A stretch of DNA of 64,000 nt from Eledone cirrhosa. Its lineage: Eukaryota. The stretch covers positions 312,294,001 to 312,358,000 of the forward strand of contig OZ024741.1 of assembly GCA_964016885.1 (NCBI GenBank), read 5' to 3'. Positions 40,806-53,152 of this stretch are shown piece after piece (positions within the stretch are counted from its first letter, which is position 1; every line of letters starts with the position of its first letter). The translations under genes and the position numbers were made by a program. Below the pieces are notes generated by a model, which saw only the letters and a list, made by a program, of their open reading frames with translations, was not told the origin of the DNA and did no database searches.

Positions 40806-40926
40806 AGGGAAATGTTCAGGACCCCGACGGCAGAGCTGAAGCCGTTTCGATGGCTATTTCAAGTATTTCAGAAATAACCGTCGAAACGGCTTGAGCTCTG
40901 CCGTCGGGGACCTGAACCTTTTCCTA
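40806..40926. repeat. GC-rich ~120-bp imperfect hairpin
   Basis: GTTCAGGACCCCGACGGCAGAGCTGAAGCCGTTTCGATGGCTATTTC pairs with GAAATAACCGTCGAAACGGCTTGAGCTCTGCCGTCGGGGACCTGAAC. Confidence 0.9.
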
Positions 40927-41391
40927 TGTATATATATAATAAATGAGTGAAAAATAACACGGATCGGCTGTACAGTAGAGTTTAGAACAAATTAACACAA
41001 TTCTGATTAAGTGTGTATGATAGAGTGCGCTAGTGTTTATAGATACATGAAAAATAACAATAATAATAATAATAAGGAAAGTATAGTGAAGAGGATGATA
41101 TTAGGATAAAGGCAGAAAACATAGTAACAATAATAACATGAAAAAAAAGTTGTTTGAAAAGATAATATAACGAAAATGATAAAAAAGTAAAAAAATAATA
41201 GAGATAGTAACAAAATAAAAAACAATAATAAAAAATACTTAATGTAAAGATGGGAAGTGAGGGTACAAGTGTAATAAGACAGTGTAATAAAGTGGGATGA
41301 GATGAAACGAAAGGATACAGGTGACAGTGTAATAAAGTGTGATAAGTTGAAATAAAAAGATAAAACAAAAAATATAAAACAAAGAGATAAT

Positions 41392-41555
41392 TGTTTCTAC
41401 TTTAGGCACAAGGCCAGCAATTACCAGTGCATTACTGGTACTTTATTTTATCGACCCCGTAAGGATGAAAGGCAAAGTCAACCTCGGCGGGATTTGAACT
41501 CAGATGGTAAAGGGACGTAACTATGCTGGAAAGCATGGCGTCCGACCCTCTACCG
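41392..41555 (-). mobile_element. tRNA-derived SINE with an 18-bp target-site duplication
   Basis: Same SINE core; flanked by ATAAAACAAAGAGATAAT at 41374-41391 and 41556-41573. Confidence 0.92.
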
Positions 41556-41969
41556 ATAAAACAAAGAGATAATGATAACAAATAGGTAATTAGGATTGAG
41601 GGTATTTTGAAAAGTGTAATCTCAATGGATAGAGATGACGATTTATGAAGATTACGGCTATGAGGGGTGATTGATGCTGTATGTGAAGGAAGGTATTTGA
41701 AGGGATGTGTCTTTAAAGAAAAAATACTTAATCACCGAGGAAGGGCCGGTTAATCTTGCTTTCTATTAGTTGGTGGTGTAACTTTTGAAGATTTAAAGAA
41801 AGCTTGCGCTCGTACGTGAATAACCGTTAACCATGGTAAGGAGGTGTCAAAGTGGTTCGTTGGCGCCAATTTAGCAGACACAATAAATCCAGGGAGTTGT
41901 ATTGTTTACATGGATAATGAGGTTGCTGGATCGAATCATGTTTAACTCGGTTTGTAATTCGGAAATTTA

Positions 41970-42720
41970 CTAGTGCCTACAAAAAATTATCCGCTCGATT
42001 TTGCCTTTTAGTAGCGTCTTATTATACGGTAGAATATTGAGTAACTCCATATTGCATAGTCCGCATTGGGACATCCCGTTCGTGTAGGCTTTTGTATTCG
42101 ATAATTTCAACCAGCTACTTTTATATCCTTGATTATTGTCCTTAAGTTGCCAGATTTTATTGACCAACGTCGGTTTATAACTGGGCCTCCAGTCCTCTAT
42201 GGAGTGCCGATGCACATACCATCGTTTTTAAAGGCACTAGTCGTAGAACCTATGTAATACCACATATGGTTGCCAGACTTAATAGTGCACGGATATACTA
42301 TACCGGAATCCAGGCATCTATTCTGTAGTGGGCCTTTATCCGGCAGGTGGCAGTTACATTTGGAGACATTCCTACGTGATGGTTCCTCGTTATAGTTCGA
42401 TTTGTGGATTGAGATGGACTTGGATGCTAGTCTGTTTGTGTTTTGTTGTGACATATATCGACGGACAGCCGGTTGTGATGCTGTTATGCGGTTGTGTTTT
42501 GTATTTGATGCTGTGGTGATGGTTTGTGGACTACATTTTTTAGATATTCTCCTGGAGTTTTTTATGTGTGATTCGTTGTTGATGTCCTCGAGTGTACCTT
42601 CAAGGGTTTGCCGGTATTTTTTGTGTAGTTCACGGCGTATAAAGCTGTTGTAGGTGTCTAGGCTCATGGTATATACGTTCGATATTTTGTCCGCTTTAAC
42701 TATAATTCAGTCAGTATTGC
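41970..42720 (-). mobile_element. Penelope-like element remnant: N-terminal region plus frameshifted GIY-YIG endonuclease
   Basis: IIVKADKISNVYTMS...; CNCHLPDKGPLQNRC...GIVYPC...YYIGSTTSAFK; next frame ...AYTNGMSQCGLCNME...CRH. These are PLE-type GIY-YIG motifs. Confidence 0.85.
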
Positions 42721-43521
42721 CTAGTTTTTTTTCAAAAGTGCATTGATGTCGTTCTGCAGTTTGTTGTGACCAATGCATTCTTTTAAAACTTAATTCCACT
42801 TATTCTCTTCATGAGGTCGAGTTCAAAAGCGTCAAGCTGGGGTTACTTGGTGGGTCTTTGCAAGGTTTAAATCCGCATTACTCTGTAGTGTTTCCGTCAA
42901 TATCAGTTGTGTATCCCTTGCCTTAATGATATGCTTTCCATCGGATTCGATGGTTAAATCATTGGTGCGCTGCACCATGCCGAGTGTATAATACCTGTTT
43001 GTAGGTATAGGCAACATTTTAGTGACATGCCTATGTTGTGCTTTTCCATGTTAATGCCTGGCGTTTAAATTCTTACTCAACTTGGTTGGAGCTAATCATA
43101 TTAGTTAACGAGGTATCGTTTAAGGCAATCCAAGTAGAGATTTTGAGTACTCTGTATCGGGGATAGTTGAACGTTCGGAGTTGTTTCACTCAACAAGACA
43201 TTCACTTAGTTGTGGTGTTCGGGTGGCCGATTTAAGACAGTTCCCATGTAAAAAGTTCCTGGACTATTAATAATAAATGAGTGAAGAATAAAATGGGTCT
43301 GCTGTACGATAGGATTTATTCGAAGTATTAACAAATTTTGCATTAGTCCAGTGTGTCTAAAAACTGCTATTCGCATTATGGTGCAGCACCCGATTTTAAT
43401 TACAATTGAAACCCGACCAAATATATATTTCAAAACATATATATATCAGGATAGAAACAGTTTGAAACTCGTTAGACCATTACTCTACAGAGTACGCGAT
43501 ACTTGGGGTAGTAGGGTATGA

Positions 43522-44043
43522 CTCCATTATAATGATTCAGTATCCGAGGACTTAGCTCTAGCCTTTTCAATAACTTGTTCGAGAATCTGTAGGTTAAACT
43601 ACCCTACTCTCACCAACCGTAGAAGCAACTGTAACTGCCGTTACCCTAATGCATGCCCACTAAATGGACACTGCCGGACACCCAACATAGTCTATAGGTG
43701 CACGGTTAAAACTGCTTCGAATACCAGCTCCTATATCGGGTCTACCTCTATCCTTTTTAAGGTACGCTATAACGCGCCCTCTTTTTCCTTCCGAGACCCT
43801 AACAACAGATGTTCGACATCTCTAGCTAGGCTCATTAAAAATCTTAAATTAAACAACATTGAACACTCACCAACATGGGATATCTTAGCTAGGGCCCAAC
43901 CGTTCAATGGACGAAGAAAATATTGTGATCACTGTATTACCGAAGCATATTACAAAACTCTATCACGACCTCTACCGATTAACGATAGAACGGAGGTAAC
44001 TATTAGCTGTCAACATCGAAGGGCTAATTCCTTCGCCAACTGA
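43522..44043 (+). mobile_element. Penelope-like GIY-YIG endonuclease, open frame lacking a start codon (absent from the ORF track)
   Basis: Manual translation from 43621: RSNCNCRYPNACPLNGHCRTPNIVYRCTVKTASNTSSYIGSTSILFKVRYN...WDILARAQPFNGRRKYCDHCITEAYY...NDRTEVTISCQHRRANSFAN*. Confidence 0.88.
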
Positions 44044-44440
44044 ATATTTGACCCAACATAGTCATCTAGCCCCATTTTTACTGGTAGCTAATAAGTTAAA
44101 TAGCTATAACTAACTTAGATAATTATAAGTTACCTCCCCTACATTGTCTCTCAATTAAAAAAATAAAAACATTAGCACTTAACTATAAACTACACACAAT
44201 TTCTAATCTCTCGAGGAGTTAGTTCCCCTGAAACCACCCTCTAATCAGTAAGGTAAAAATGTCCATTGGCGGCCATCTTGTTACCCATAGGCAGATCTAA
44301 CACAATGCAGCCTCGACAGTAGAATACTGCTTGATTATGGCAGACAATTGATACATCCAGGACACCATAGTGAAATACCAATATATGGAACATTTCATTA
44401 TGTAACATTCTTTCCTTATTTTAATTTATATTCCTTTGAA

Positions 44441-44559
44441 GTTCCGATGAGCCGCTCTATCTTTAATTATGTTAATTATTTTCAACTGAACCAGATCCAT
44501 AATGATATATAGTCATTTTATCCAGAAATATTATATGGAGTAGCGAAACAATTGTAAAC
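44441..44559 (+). ncRNA. Degenerate type I hammerhead with long stem II insert at the 3' end of the PLE
   Basis: GTT-CCGATGA-GCCGCTCTAT...ATGGAGTAGC-GAAA-CAATTG-TA-AAC; the core has C in place of U4. Confidence 0.7.
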
Positions 44560-44867
44560 GGACATTATTATTATTAATATTATTATTATTATTCTCTACA
44601 TTCCTTATATCAAACTAAAATGTGTTGACAATCTTTTAATAATGTCTTCCTTGTGAAATTCGTGGTTTTGATTTGCTTAACTAATGAATATTTCCAGCCC
44701 TGTGCGCCTAACTTCTGCATGAACCCAGCCACCTAGCTGCTTTCCACTACATATTGCACATTGAGCACATGCCTTTCCGATTTGGCCTCTAACTAATTCA
44801 CCAATCTCTCCTCTCCTATCTCCTCGCCTATATCCATCTCTCTCTTTAAGATTGGTTACTCTTCAAT

Positions 44868-44948
<81 letters not shown>

Positions 44949-45094
44949 ATATAGAATTTACAAGAATAAAAGCTATGTTCAAATCATTTATTCATTTACA
45001 ATTGTTTCATCCAAACCTAGGCTTGGTTTCTTCGGAGCATTTTTCAATGCTTGTACATATAATTGACCTCCTATCCAACGCAAGAGACATACAG

Positions 45095-45208
<114 letters not shown>

Positions 45209-45357
45209 ATGTACAGTGGAGTATGTACATATATATTTAATATACAAATGGCTTCTACAGGACTTGAATTGTTTCATCTGGGAGAAATCACATGATGGTT
45301 AAGAGGGGCCTGTAAGTGCGAAAAGATACGTTTTCCGCTGGTTCTTTCGGGTTGTAA

Positions 45358-45525
45358 CCACAGTAAGTAAGGTAGTCAATACATAGCAGAGTAGTTTCAT
45401 ACGGGAGAAATCATCAGGAAACCTCTGATAATTTCTCCCGAATGAAACAGTTCAAGTTCTGTAGAAGGCATTTCTATATTAAGTATTTTTACTCTGCTAT
45501 GTATTGACTAATTTACTTACTGTGG
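45358..45525. repeat. Asymmetric palindrome from a dispersed pLTR-like family, containing hammerhead core motifs
   Basis: Outer arms 45358-45393/45490-45525; inner arms 45394-45417/45425-45448 (CTGATRATTTCTCCCGWATGAAAC). Related copies at ~45215-45297, 56937-57027 and ~62413-62500. Confidence 0.8.
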
Positions 45526-45552
45526 CTACCTCCGGTTGAATCCGGGATAAAC

Positions 45553-45591
<39 letters not shown>

Positions 45592-45717
45592 AAAGTTCTA
45601 TTTAAATTGTTGGGATACAACAAGCAAATATTATTATAACTGATATAAAGCACTCGACAAATATTTGGAGTAGATATACAATATTAATAAATGGAAACTA
45701 TTTATAAAACCATATTT

Positions 45718-45780
45718 ATTTCATTATATATATTTCAAGGATACCAAGTTAAATCATGGTATGCCTTCATCAGACAAAAT
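45718..45780 (-). ncRNA. Type I hammerhead motif
   Basis: Minus strand: ATTTTGT-CTGATGA-AGGCATACCA TGATTTAACT TGGTATCCTT-GAAA-TATATA-TA-ATGAAAT. Confidence 0.8.
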
Positions 45781-46721
45781 ACAATATATAACAGTTTTAC
45801 AAATAGATATTGACGTACCCTTTCAAAAAGGTGACCGTTGTTTTTGGAGGCCATCCGGATAGTGGTTTGTTTACTTTAATAAGTCATAGTGTTAAGAGTA
45901 AGTAAAAAGATGGAGAGAGAGAGAGAGAAAAACGTGGAGAGAAGATAGATAAAGAAAAAGAAGAAAGCAAAGAGAAAAGAGAACAGAGGAAAAATAACGG
46001 GGAGATATCAAAACATCAGACAGAGAAAGAACTCAAGAGAGAGATATGCAGAGATAGAGAGAGGGGGGAGAGAACGAAAACCTTAAGTTATGTTATATTA
46101 AGTTGAGTTAACAATTGAGATGAAATGAATAAATAAAATTAGAAATATTAATATTCGTGAATGGAATATAAATATATAATATGAGAGATTACACATTGTT
46201 TAATTATGATTATATATTTAGTTTAAAAATTGTGATCAATATATAAAAAATTGGAATTTAAACATTATAAAATATATATATTGCGAGAGAGATTATCTAT
46301 CGTATATCACATATACATAGGCAAAGGTACATAAATATATATATATACTCACTCACTCAGAAAATACACATTATATCTACTCCCGCACATAATGTATACA
46401 TACAAAGCATAAGTGATTTTTTATTTATTGCTATACATTCCTTGTGTTATTAATTAAAAGATTTTAGTATATATATATAAATATATAGGATTAACTTTTC
46501 TGCATTTATGGCTGTTAAATTATGTATATCTGCAATCAAAAGCTGCATGTGTAAGCCTGTACATTCACACCCATAATTCTTAGCTATATATGAATAGATA
46601 TGTGTGTGCATCTTCAATTGGCATACATGCGTCACTCATGCATATAGTTGCTGCAGACATAGATTGAACTCAACGTTTAAATATAAATATAAATTTAAAA
46701 TGTAGTTCTCTCCCCCCCTCT

Positions 46722-46902
46722 CTCTATTTGGCACAAGGCCAGCAATAAACAGTACATTACTGGTACTTTATTTTATCGACCCCGAAAGGATGAAAGGCAA
46801 ATTTAACCTCTGCGGGACTTTAACTCAGTCCGTAAAGGGACGTAACTATGCTGGAAAGCATGGCGTACGACTCTCTACCGATACTGCCAATCCACCGTCC
46901 TT
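46722..46902 (-). mobile_element. tRNA-derived SINE, near full length
   Basis: Minus-strand head GGACGGTGGATTGGCAGTATCGGTAGAG, SINE core and tail GCTGGCCTTGTGCC. Confidence 0.88.
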
Positions 46903-46904
46903 AA

Positions 46905-46955
<51 letters not shown>

Positions 46956-46956
<1 letters not shown>

Positions 46957-49900
46957 TTTTCTTTATTAACCACAAGGGTTTACATAAAGTAGACATTAAG
47001 GACAGTACAGGACAATAGAGGACGGTACAAATGGGCATTTCTGCGTGTAAAAAAACAGAGGATGTAATAAAATAACAAAGAAAAATTCCCCAATAGGGGG
47101 GAGACTTCCGAGGGACATTTGTGGAGAAAGCCCATTAAAAGACCACAGTGACATACTCAGAGAAGGCCCATTCATTCGGGCCATACTTGCTTCTCTCACC
47201 CATCTTTCAACAAAATGCTGGAAAGAGAGCACTTCCCTCTCTACCCTGATTTTCCTTTTCAAATGAAATTTGAAAAAGTTAATCAGGGCATCACCGAAGA
47301 GGTAAGTGCTCGTCTTCAGCCCTTTCAAACGTGTCCACTATACTATCTCTTTCGCCATGGCCACCAGACAGATAAAAACTGCCTGCCCTTCCCGGCTAAA
47401 GGAAGAGGGCGGGGCAATCCTCACGATGGACTCAGCTGATAGCTGGATCCGTCCTACACGTGACAGTAGGTGTTCGACATAAACCCACAAGTCAGCAATG
47501 CTCGGACACTGGACGAGTGCGTGCAGGACGGTTTCGTCGCCCTGTGCGCATCTCGGAAATGCCCGGCTGACGGCACCTCCATGTCTGTAGAGTTTATCTC
47601 GAAATGGCAAAGCTCCCCGGTAGCACTGCCAGGCCAGGGATTTCTGGAAGTTGTCCATAGGCCCCGGCCCGAAAGTCCTTCCGAAGAGATTGGCTAGTTG
47701 ATTTTCGTCGAAGCCCAGAATTTCTCCAAGTACGTCGTCGCTCTTCCCCTCCACTAATCCTCTATATAACGCCAAGGTGGAGTTTCCACCGATCACATTG
47801 CCCGATTGGTCGAGGGCTGTGAGCGCCTGAAGACATTCCAGTCTCCAAGCGCTCCCTCTCGGTCTTCGCTTGACCCAGGACTGCAGCTCCGTCAAGGAGA
47901 CGAGCTGGGGAAAAACGTGTCTAGCAAACGGCGACCACACCTGATCACCGTCGAGGAAGAGGTGGAGATGTCGTAGCCTGAGCGCGTGTCTGCGCATCAT
48001 CAGCCACGGCATGCCCAGCCCTCCACGTAGCGGGTGTTGACAGCAGAGGACCGCCTGACCATCGGAGCGCGTCCCTTCCACAAGAAGCGAAAGAGCAAAC
48101 GCTCCAGCGCAGTCAGGCGGGGCTTAGGACAAGATACGACGGTCAGGCAGTAGTAGATGACGGACGCGATGTATGCGTCAGCCACCTCCGCTCGACCTTT
48201 CAGGGAGAGCTTCCTCTCGGCCCATTTCTGGGTGAGAGCAGCCACCCTGCTCGTCACCTCGTCCCAGTTTTTGTCCGTCTGGAGGTCTGGACCGAACCAG
48301 ACCCCTAGTAATTTAACCGGTCCGTCCGTCCAACGCCCGACGACGCTGTTGGACGGCATGGATCTGCTTCTCCAGGTGCCGAGCTGCAGGCCCACTGACT
48401 TTCCCTGGTTGATCATCGCTCCTGTCACCGCTTCGTATTCTCTTAGTGTAGTGCCGATCGCCTCGATGTGTTTGGCGTTCGACTCCACTACAGGGACATC
48501 GTCCGCATATGCTGACACGGATCTTCGGCATCCTAGTTCGCGTGGAACCCCCCTCAACGTCTCCAGTTTGTGTAGTAATGGCTCAAGAGTCAATACGTAC
48601 AATAGGGACGGGAGCGGACATCCTTGGCGGACCGAGCGCATGATGTTGAACGGTTCCGAAAGGTGACCGTTCACTCTCACTACAGAGCAGATGTCGCTGT
48701 GCATGGCAGCGATCCAGCCTCTGAAGACGGGCCCAAAGCCAGCCGCCCTCAGGACTGCCGCTAGGTAACGATGGTCGACCCTATCGAAGGCTTTCGACTG
48801 ATCTAAATTGATCAAAGACCCACCCGTGCCAGGTCCCAAGCTACCCTCTCTACGATGTATCGCATAAGGTAGAGGTTGTCGTGGATGGATCTGTCGGGAA
48901 TGGCGCATGTCTGTGCCTCTCCCACCAGATCACCAACGACAAGCGCCAACCTCTTTGCTAGCACCTTGGCCAAAATCTTGAACTCTGTGTTTAGCAGAGT
49001 TATGGGCCTAAAATTATCTATGTTATCCCCCTTGTTCGGATCCTTTCTCAGCAGCGCCACCGCTCCTCGGCTCACAGAGCTGGGAATTCTCCCGTTCTGT
49101 TGCCAGTTGCAGTAGACGTCCGCCAAGAGGCCTCCGAACAAGTCTGGCATTTGTACGTAAAGTTCATAGGACAGACCATCCAAACCAGGCGATTTACCTC
49201 TTGTGCAGCCAGTCATTGCCTCCCGTACTTCAGCGGTTGTTATCGGCTTTTCGCAACACTCCGCCTCAGTGGCCGAAAGCCGCGACAGTCCGTCGAGGTA
49301 GACACTAAAGTCCATCCCTCGACCCGGCCCGCCATTGCCTCCGAACAGCTGAGCGAAATTGCGCTGAAAAGCTTCACACATTTGCCCGGGATCGAGTAGC
49401 ATAAGCCCGTCGTAGTCTACCAAAGACCGGATCGTGGCTTTGTTGCCACGACGCGCCTCCGCCACTCGGGCCCATTGAACGGCTTTCGTCCCGTCGTGTC
49501 TGAGAGCACACACCCTAGCACTGACAACGCAGCCTTCGTGCTTTGCATTGAAGAATTGGTCAAGGGCCTATTTCGCCGCAAGTACGTCGGTCGCGCTGTC
49601 TTTGCTAAGCGCCTCGTCTAATTTTCTAACTAATTCTCCCTCTGCTCTATTTTTCTCTATTGCTAAAGCCTTACTAAACCTAATGGACTCTATTCTAATT
49701 GCTCTTTTCAGAGCAAACCACCACTTGTTGTTGACGATGGCCCCCGTCAACGCCCGCTTAACTAGTTCGCTAATCCGGTCTCTGTAGGCCTTGCGCGCTG
49801 ATAAGGACGCGTGTAGCTTCCAGTAGCCAGGTCCTCGTCTATGAAGCCTATCTAAGTCAAGCACACAGATCACGAATTTGTGGTCCGTGTAGCTGACTAT

Positions 49901-52792
49901 CTTGAATTGTGGACAGCCTATGCTAGACCTATTTATTTCCCTACACAATACTCTATCTAGATATGATCTGGATGACCCTATGCGATTTGTCCAAGTCCAC
50001 ATTGGTACATTCGGGAAATCCATTCGGTACCTGTCAGACAGTTCAAAACGCCTGAGCATGTTGGTGAGACACTTGCACCCTCCTTCCCTATCCACTAATC
50101 CCACACAATCCCATCTTGCATCTAAGATCCCGTTCCAGTCGCCCACTAACACTAAAGTGCGGGACGTTCCAAGAAAGGTCTCCAGACGTCGGAAGAAATC
50201 AGGCCGCCCTGCTCCTGTCGGAGCATAGATGGCCACTAACGTCAAAGCTTGCCCGTCTCCGCTGGTCACGTCCAGCACCACCAACTTACCTTCTGGGTCC
50301 AGGGAGATGGCCCGTATGGCAAGATCCAAACCTCTCCGAAAAAGCACAGCAACTCCTCCCCCGATCCCGGACGGCTGGGAGATGCATACACATCGTAGCC
50401 GACTAAGATCGGTGCGAAGGCCCGTGCTTCGGAGTTTCTGGTCTCGCTGATGGCCACTACCTCTATGTTTAGTGACCCGAGGTCGTTGAACAGGTGGCCC
50501 TGCTTCCATGACGACCCCAAGCCACGCGCATTTATGCTGCCTATTCTGAGTGAGGTTATGTTGAAAAGGAGCGGAAAAGATGGGAAAGACCACTTACCTT
50601 AATTCTCGTAGGGGAACGACGGTTTTTCCATCCCTTTCACTGCTTGTGGCCTCCTCAGGAAGGATGTCCTTATAAATTCTCCTGGAGAGTGCTTGTCGGA
50701 TGTCTCCGATGTCTTTGGGGAATTTTTGTTTTAGTGTCATGTACGTTTTCTGTGTGATGCGAGTGATTTGTATGTGTGGAGGTGGTGTGAATTTTTGGGT
50801 TGTTGTGTTGTCATTTTCTGTGATGCTGGTGTTGTGTTTGATGTAGTGTAATAATTGGTTGTTGTTCAAACTTAATGCTGTGTAGTGTGTATCGTTTTGG
50901 TTGTTTTGTTTTGTTTGCGTTTGTTTCTGTTTCGCATTTTGGTGACTTTTGTGGTGTAGGTGATGGTGGTGTTGGGGTTAATGATGGTGATGGTGTTGGT
51001 GTTTGGGTTGATGGGGTTGGTGATGCTGGTGTGGATGGTGGCATATCTGTCCTAACTCTTTTGTTTGTTAATTTATTTGTTTCCCTCTGTATTTTGTTTT
51101 TGGAGGGGGAAGGAAGAGAATTTTTTCTTATTTGGTTTATTATTTTTTTTCCTGATACCGTTTCCAACTCCTCGTCGTCACAATCTGTCTCCAGTTGTGA
51201 TAGGCCGGGGAGTGGAAAATCCTCCACGGGCGTTAGTTTTGGTTGTGGCGTGGTGGATGGTGTAGGCGCTGGTGCTAGTTCTGAAGCGTTGGGTGGTGGT
51301 GGTGTTGGTTTTGCTGGTGGTGGTGGTGTTGGTTTGCTACTGTTGCTGGGGTTGTTGCTGTTATAGTTGCTTCTGTTGTTGCTGCTACAATTGTTGCTGC
51401 CATCTCTGCTACTGGTGGTGTTGATGGTTGTGTCACTGGGGTGGGTAGGAGAGGTGGCCTCAACCTTTTAGCCTGAGGGCAGAAAGCCCTTAGGTGGGTT
51501 CCTTCACCACAAACGACACACCTAGGCCTTCTGCCCTCGACAATTACGGTGAGGTGCCGTCAGTGAGGTCTATTACCTCTGGGATCTCCTCAATGCTTTT
51601 TTGGTCCGCTTGGATCAGGAGCTCCATCCCAGATCCGGACCAGTTCTCCTGCTTTTCTTTTGCTATTGCTATTATCTTTGTGTTGGCTTCGATGCCGGCG
51701 AGGACGGCCGCTATTAGCCAGGGAATTTCGATGGCCGGTGGAACGTGGGTCACCCTGATCTTTACGAGTCTCTGGCCACAATAGCTTGGGACGAGTGTGA
51801 AGTCGTCACTTCTTAATGGGGTCATGGAGTGTTCTCTAGTATCCTCTGGTGTTTCAAAGAACACGTCCACGGTTCCATACTTCTGCCCACGTCTGATGTG
51901 GGTTTTTCTTGCCCACACATGTTCCAAAGCTTTTTGGATTTGGGACTCGGATGCCCGTTCCACTCGGGGCGATTTTACATTTATTGTTCGATACGACACG
52001 GTGCATAGGCGCCGATGCTCCATTTTATTAGGTGGGGGGTGAGGCTGACCCTGTGACCATCTTTCTTTACCATTTGTCTGGCATTTTCTAATTCCTCCTG
52101 AGTTACCGTAAATGCTTCTCACTGTTTTGCTACTCTGGCAAAACTCAAGGTGGTTTTTTTAATGTCATTGTTGTTGTTGTTGCTATCGTTATTTTTGTTA
52201 CTATTAATTTTAGTTTCAGTTGTGGTGGTGGTGACGTCAGTGAAGTTCGGTTTGGGAGAGTCCATTTTGGTTGAAAATATTTCGACATCACGAGTTGATT
52301 TATTTTTTCCTTTTGTTTCTGTTGTCGCGTCGGTGGTGGTGGTGGTGGTGGTGGGGGGGGGGGGGGGGTTGTCGCGGTGGTGGTGGTGGTGACGGCTTTA
52401 ACACCTACAGTCATTGGTAATGGCGGGAAATGAATGTCTGCCTGAGACAAATTTAAAATATTGCTAGTGCTTAAATTGTTTGTGTTGGCAGACGTATAAT
52501 CATTTACAATGGTGGTGTCGGTGTGAGGTGTTAATTTGTGAGAAAGGCTTTCAGCAGCTTGGTGCAGTGGTGAATTAGCCATTTTTTTCTCAAAGAAATT
52601 TTTTGATAATCATAAAAGTTTAAATTTTGGGCACAAGGCCCCAATCTTTTTGCGTGTCCTTTTCGGAAAACAATGTATGTGCGCTTATATATAGTTAACA
52701 ATAAAAAATTTCCATAAATGGCAATTTTTAACAAACGGAAATAACAAACCTTTGCGGAGCTCACGATGATACGATTTACTACGTAGGTCGCC
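46956..52792 (-). mobile_element. Apparently full-length (~5.8 kb) Tx1/L1-clade LINE, disrupted by frameshifts and stops
   Basis: ORF1 pieces (52582 to ~50594) include the zinc knuckle CVVCGEGTHLRAFC. ORF2 pieces carry APE motifs (AIYAP, VGDWN, SYLDR, TDHK), RT motifs (KSPGLDG, FRPITLLN, DQSKAFDRV, RQGCP, YADD) and C-terminal ETVLHALVQC. AATAAA at the 3' end; (AAT)n on both sides. Confidence 0.95.
46996..50593 (-). pseudogene. ORF2 (AP endonuclease-reverse transcriptase) of the Tx1-type LINE, split over at least five ORFs
   Basis: ORFs 49568..50593, 48812..49513, 48000..48908, 47338..48081 and 46996..47328 give colinear domains. Confidence 0.93.
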
Positions 52793-52836
<44 letters not shown>

Positions 52837-53090
52837 GGTCTAATGATTACATATCGCAAATCCCAGGAAACCCGCGTATAGGAGAAATACAAAAGATAGT
52901 ACTAATGGGAACTGCCCATATACTAAGGAAGATTCTGTCAATATAAGTACATCACAAGTCTAAACACTAAAGATGCATGTGTGAATATGTATGTTCTTTC
53001 TTGAACATGGCGGACCTTGTTGTCTCTTGAGGTCACTGGTTGTGACTTGGTGATAACTCGTATGAACATAAAGCAAGATAAATGCAACTG
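52837..53090 (+). mobile_element. 5'-truncated 3' end of an R4/Dong-like LINE (second family)
   Basis: Encodes ...IQKIVLMGTAHILRKILSI*; almost identical to ~56532-56785; flanked by (TAA)n. Confidence 0.88.
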
Positions 53091-53112
53091 TAATAATAAT
53101 AATAATTATTAT

Positions 53113-53151
<39 letters not shown>

Positions 53152-53152
<1 letters not shown>

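Noticed and set aside
47215-52042. Plus-strand ORFs over the Tx1 element, and minus-strand ORFs over 53458-56111
   Set aside because: Antisense shadows of retrotransposon coding sequence, with no independent motifs.
52331-52391. G-run/(GGT)n as a regulatory G-quadruplex
   Set aside because: It is the antisense of a Pro/Thr low-complexity tract in LINE ORF1; there is no other support.
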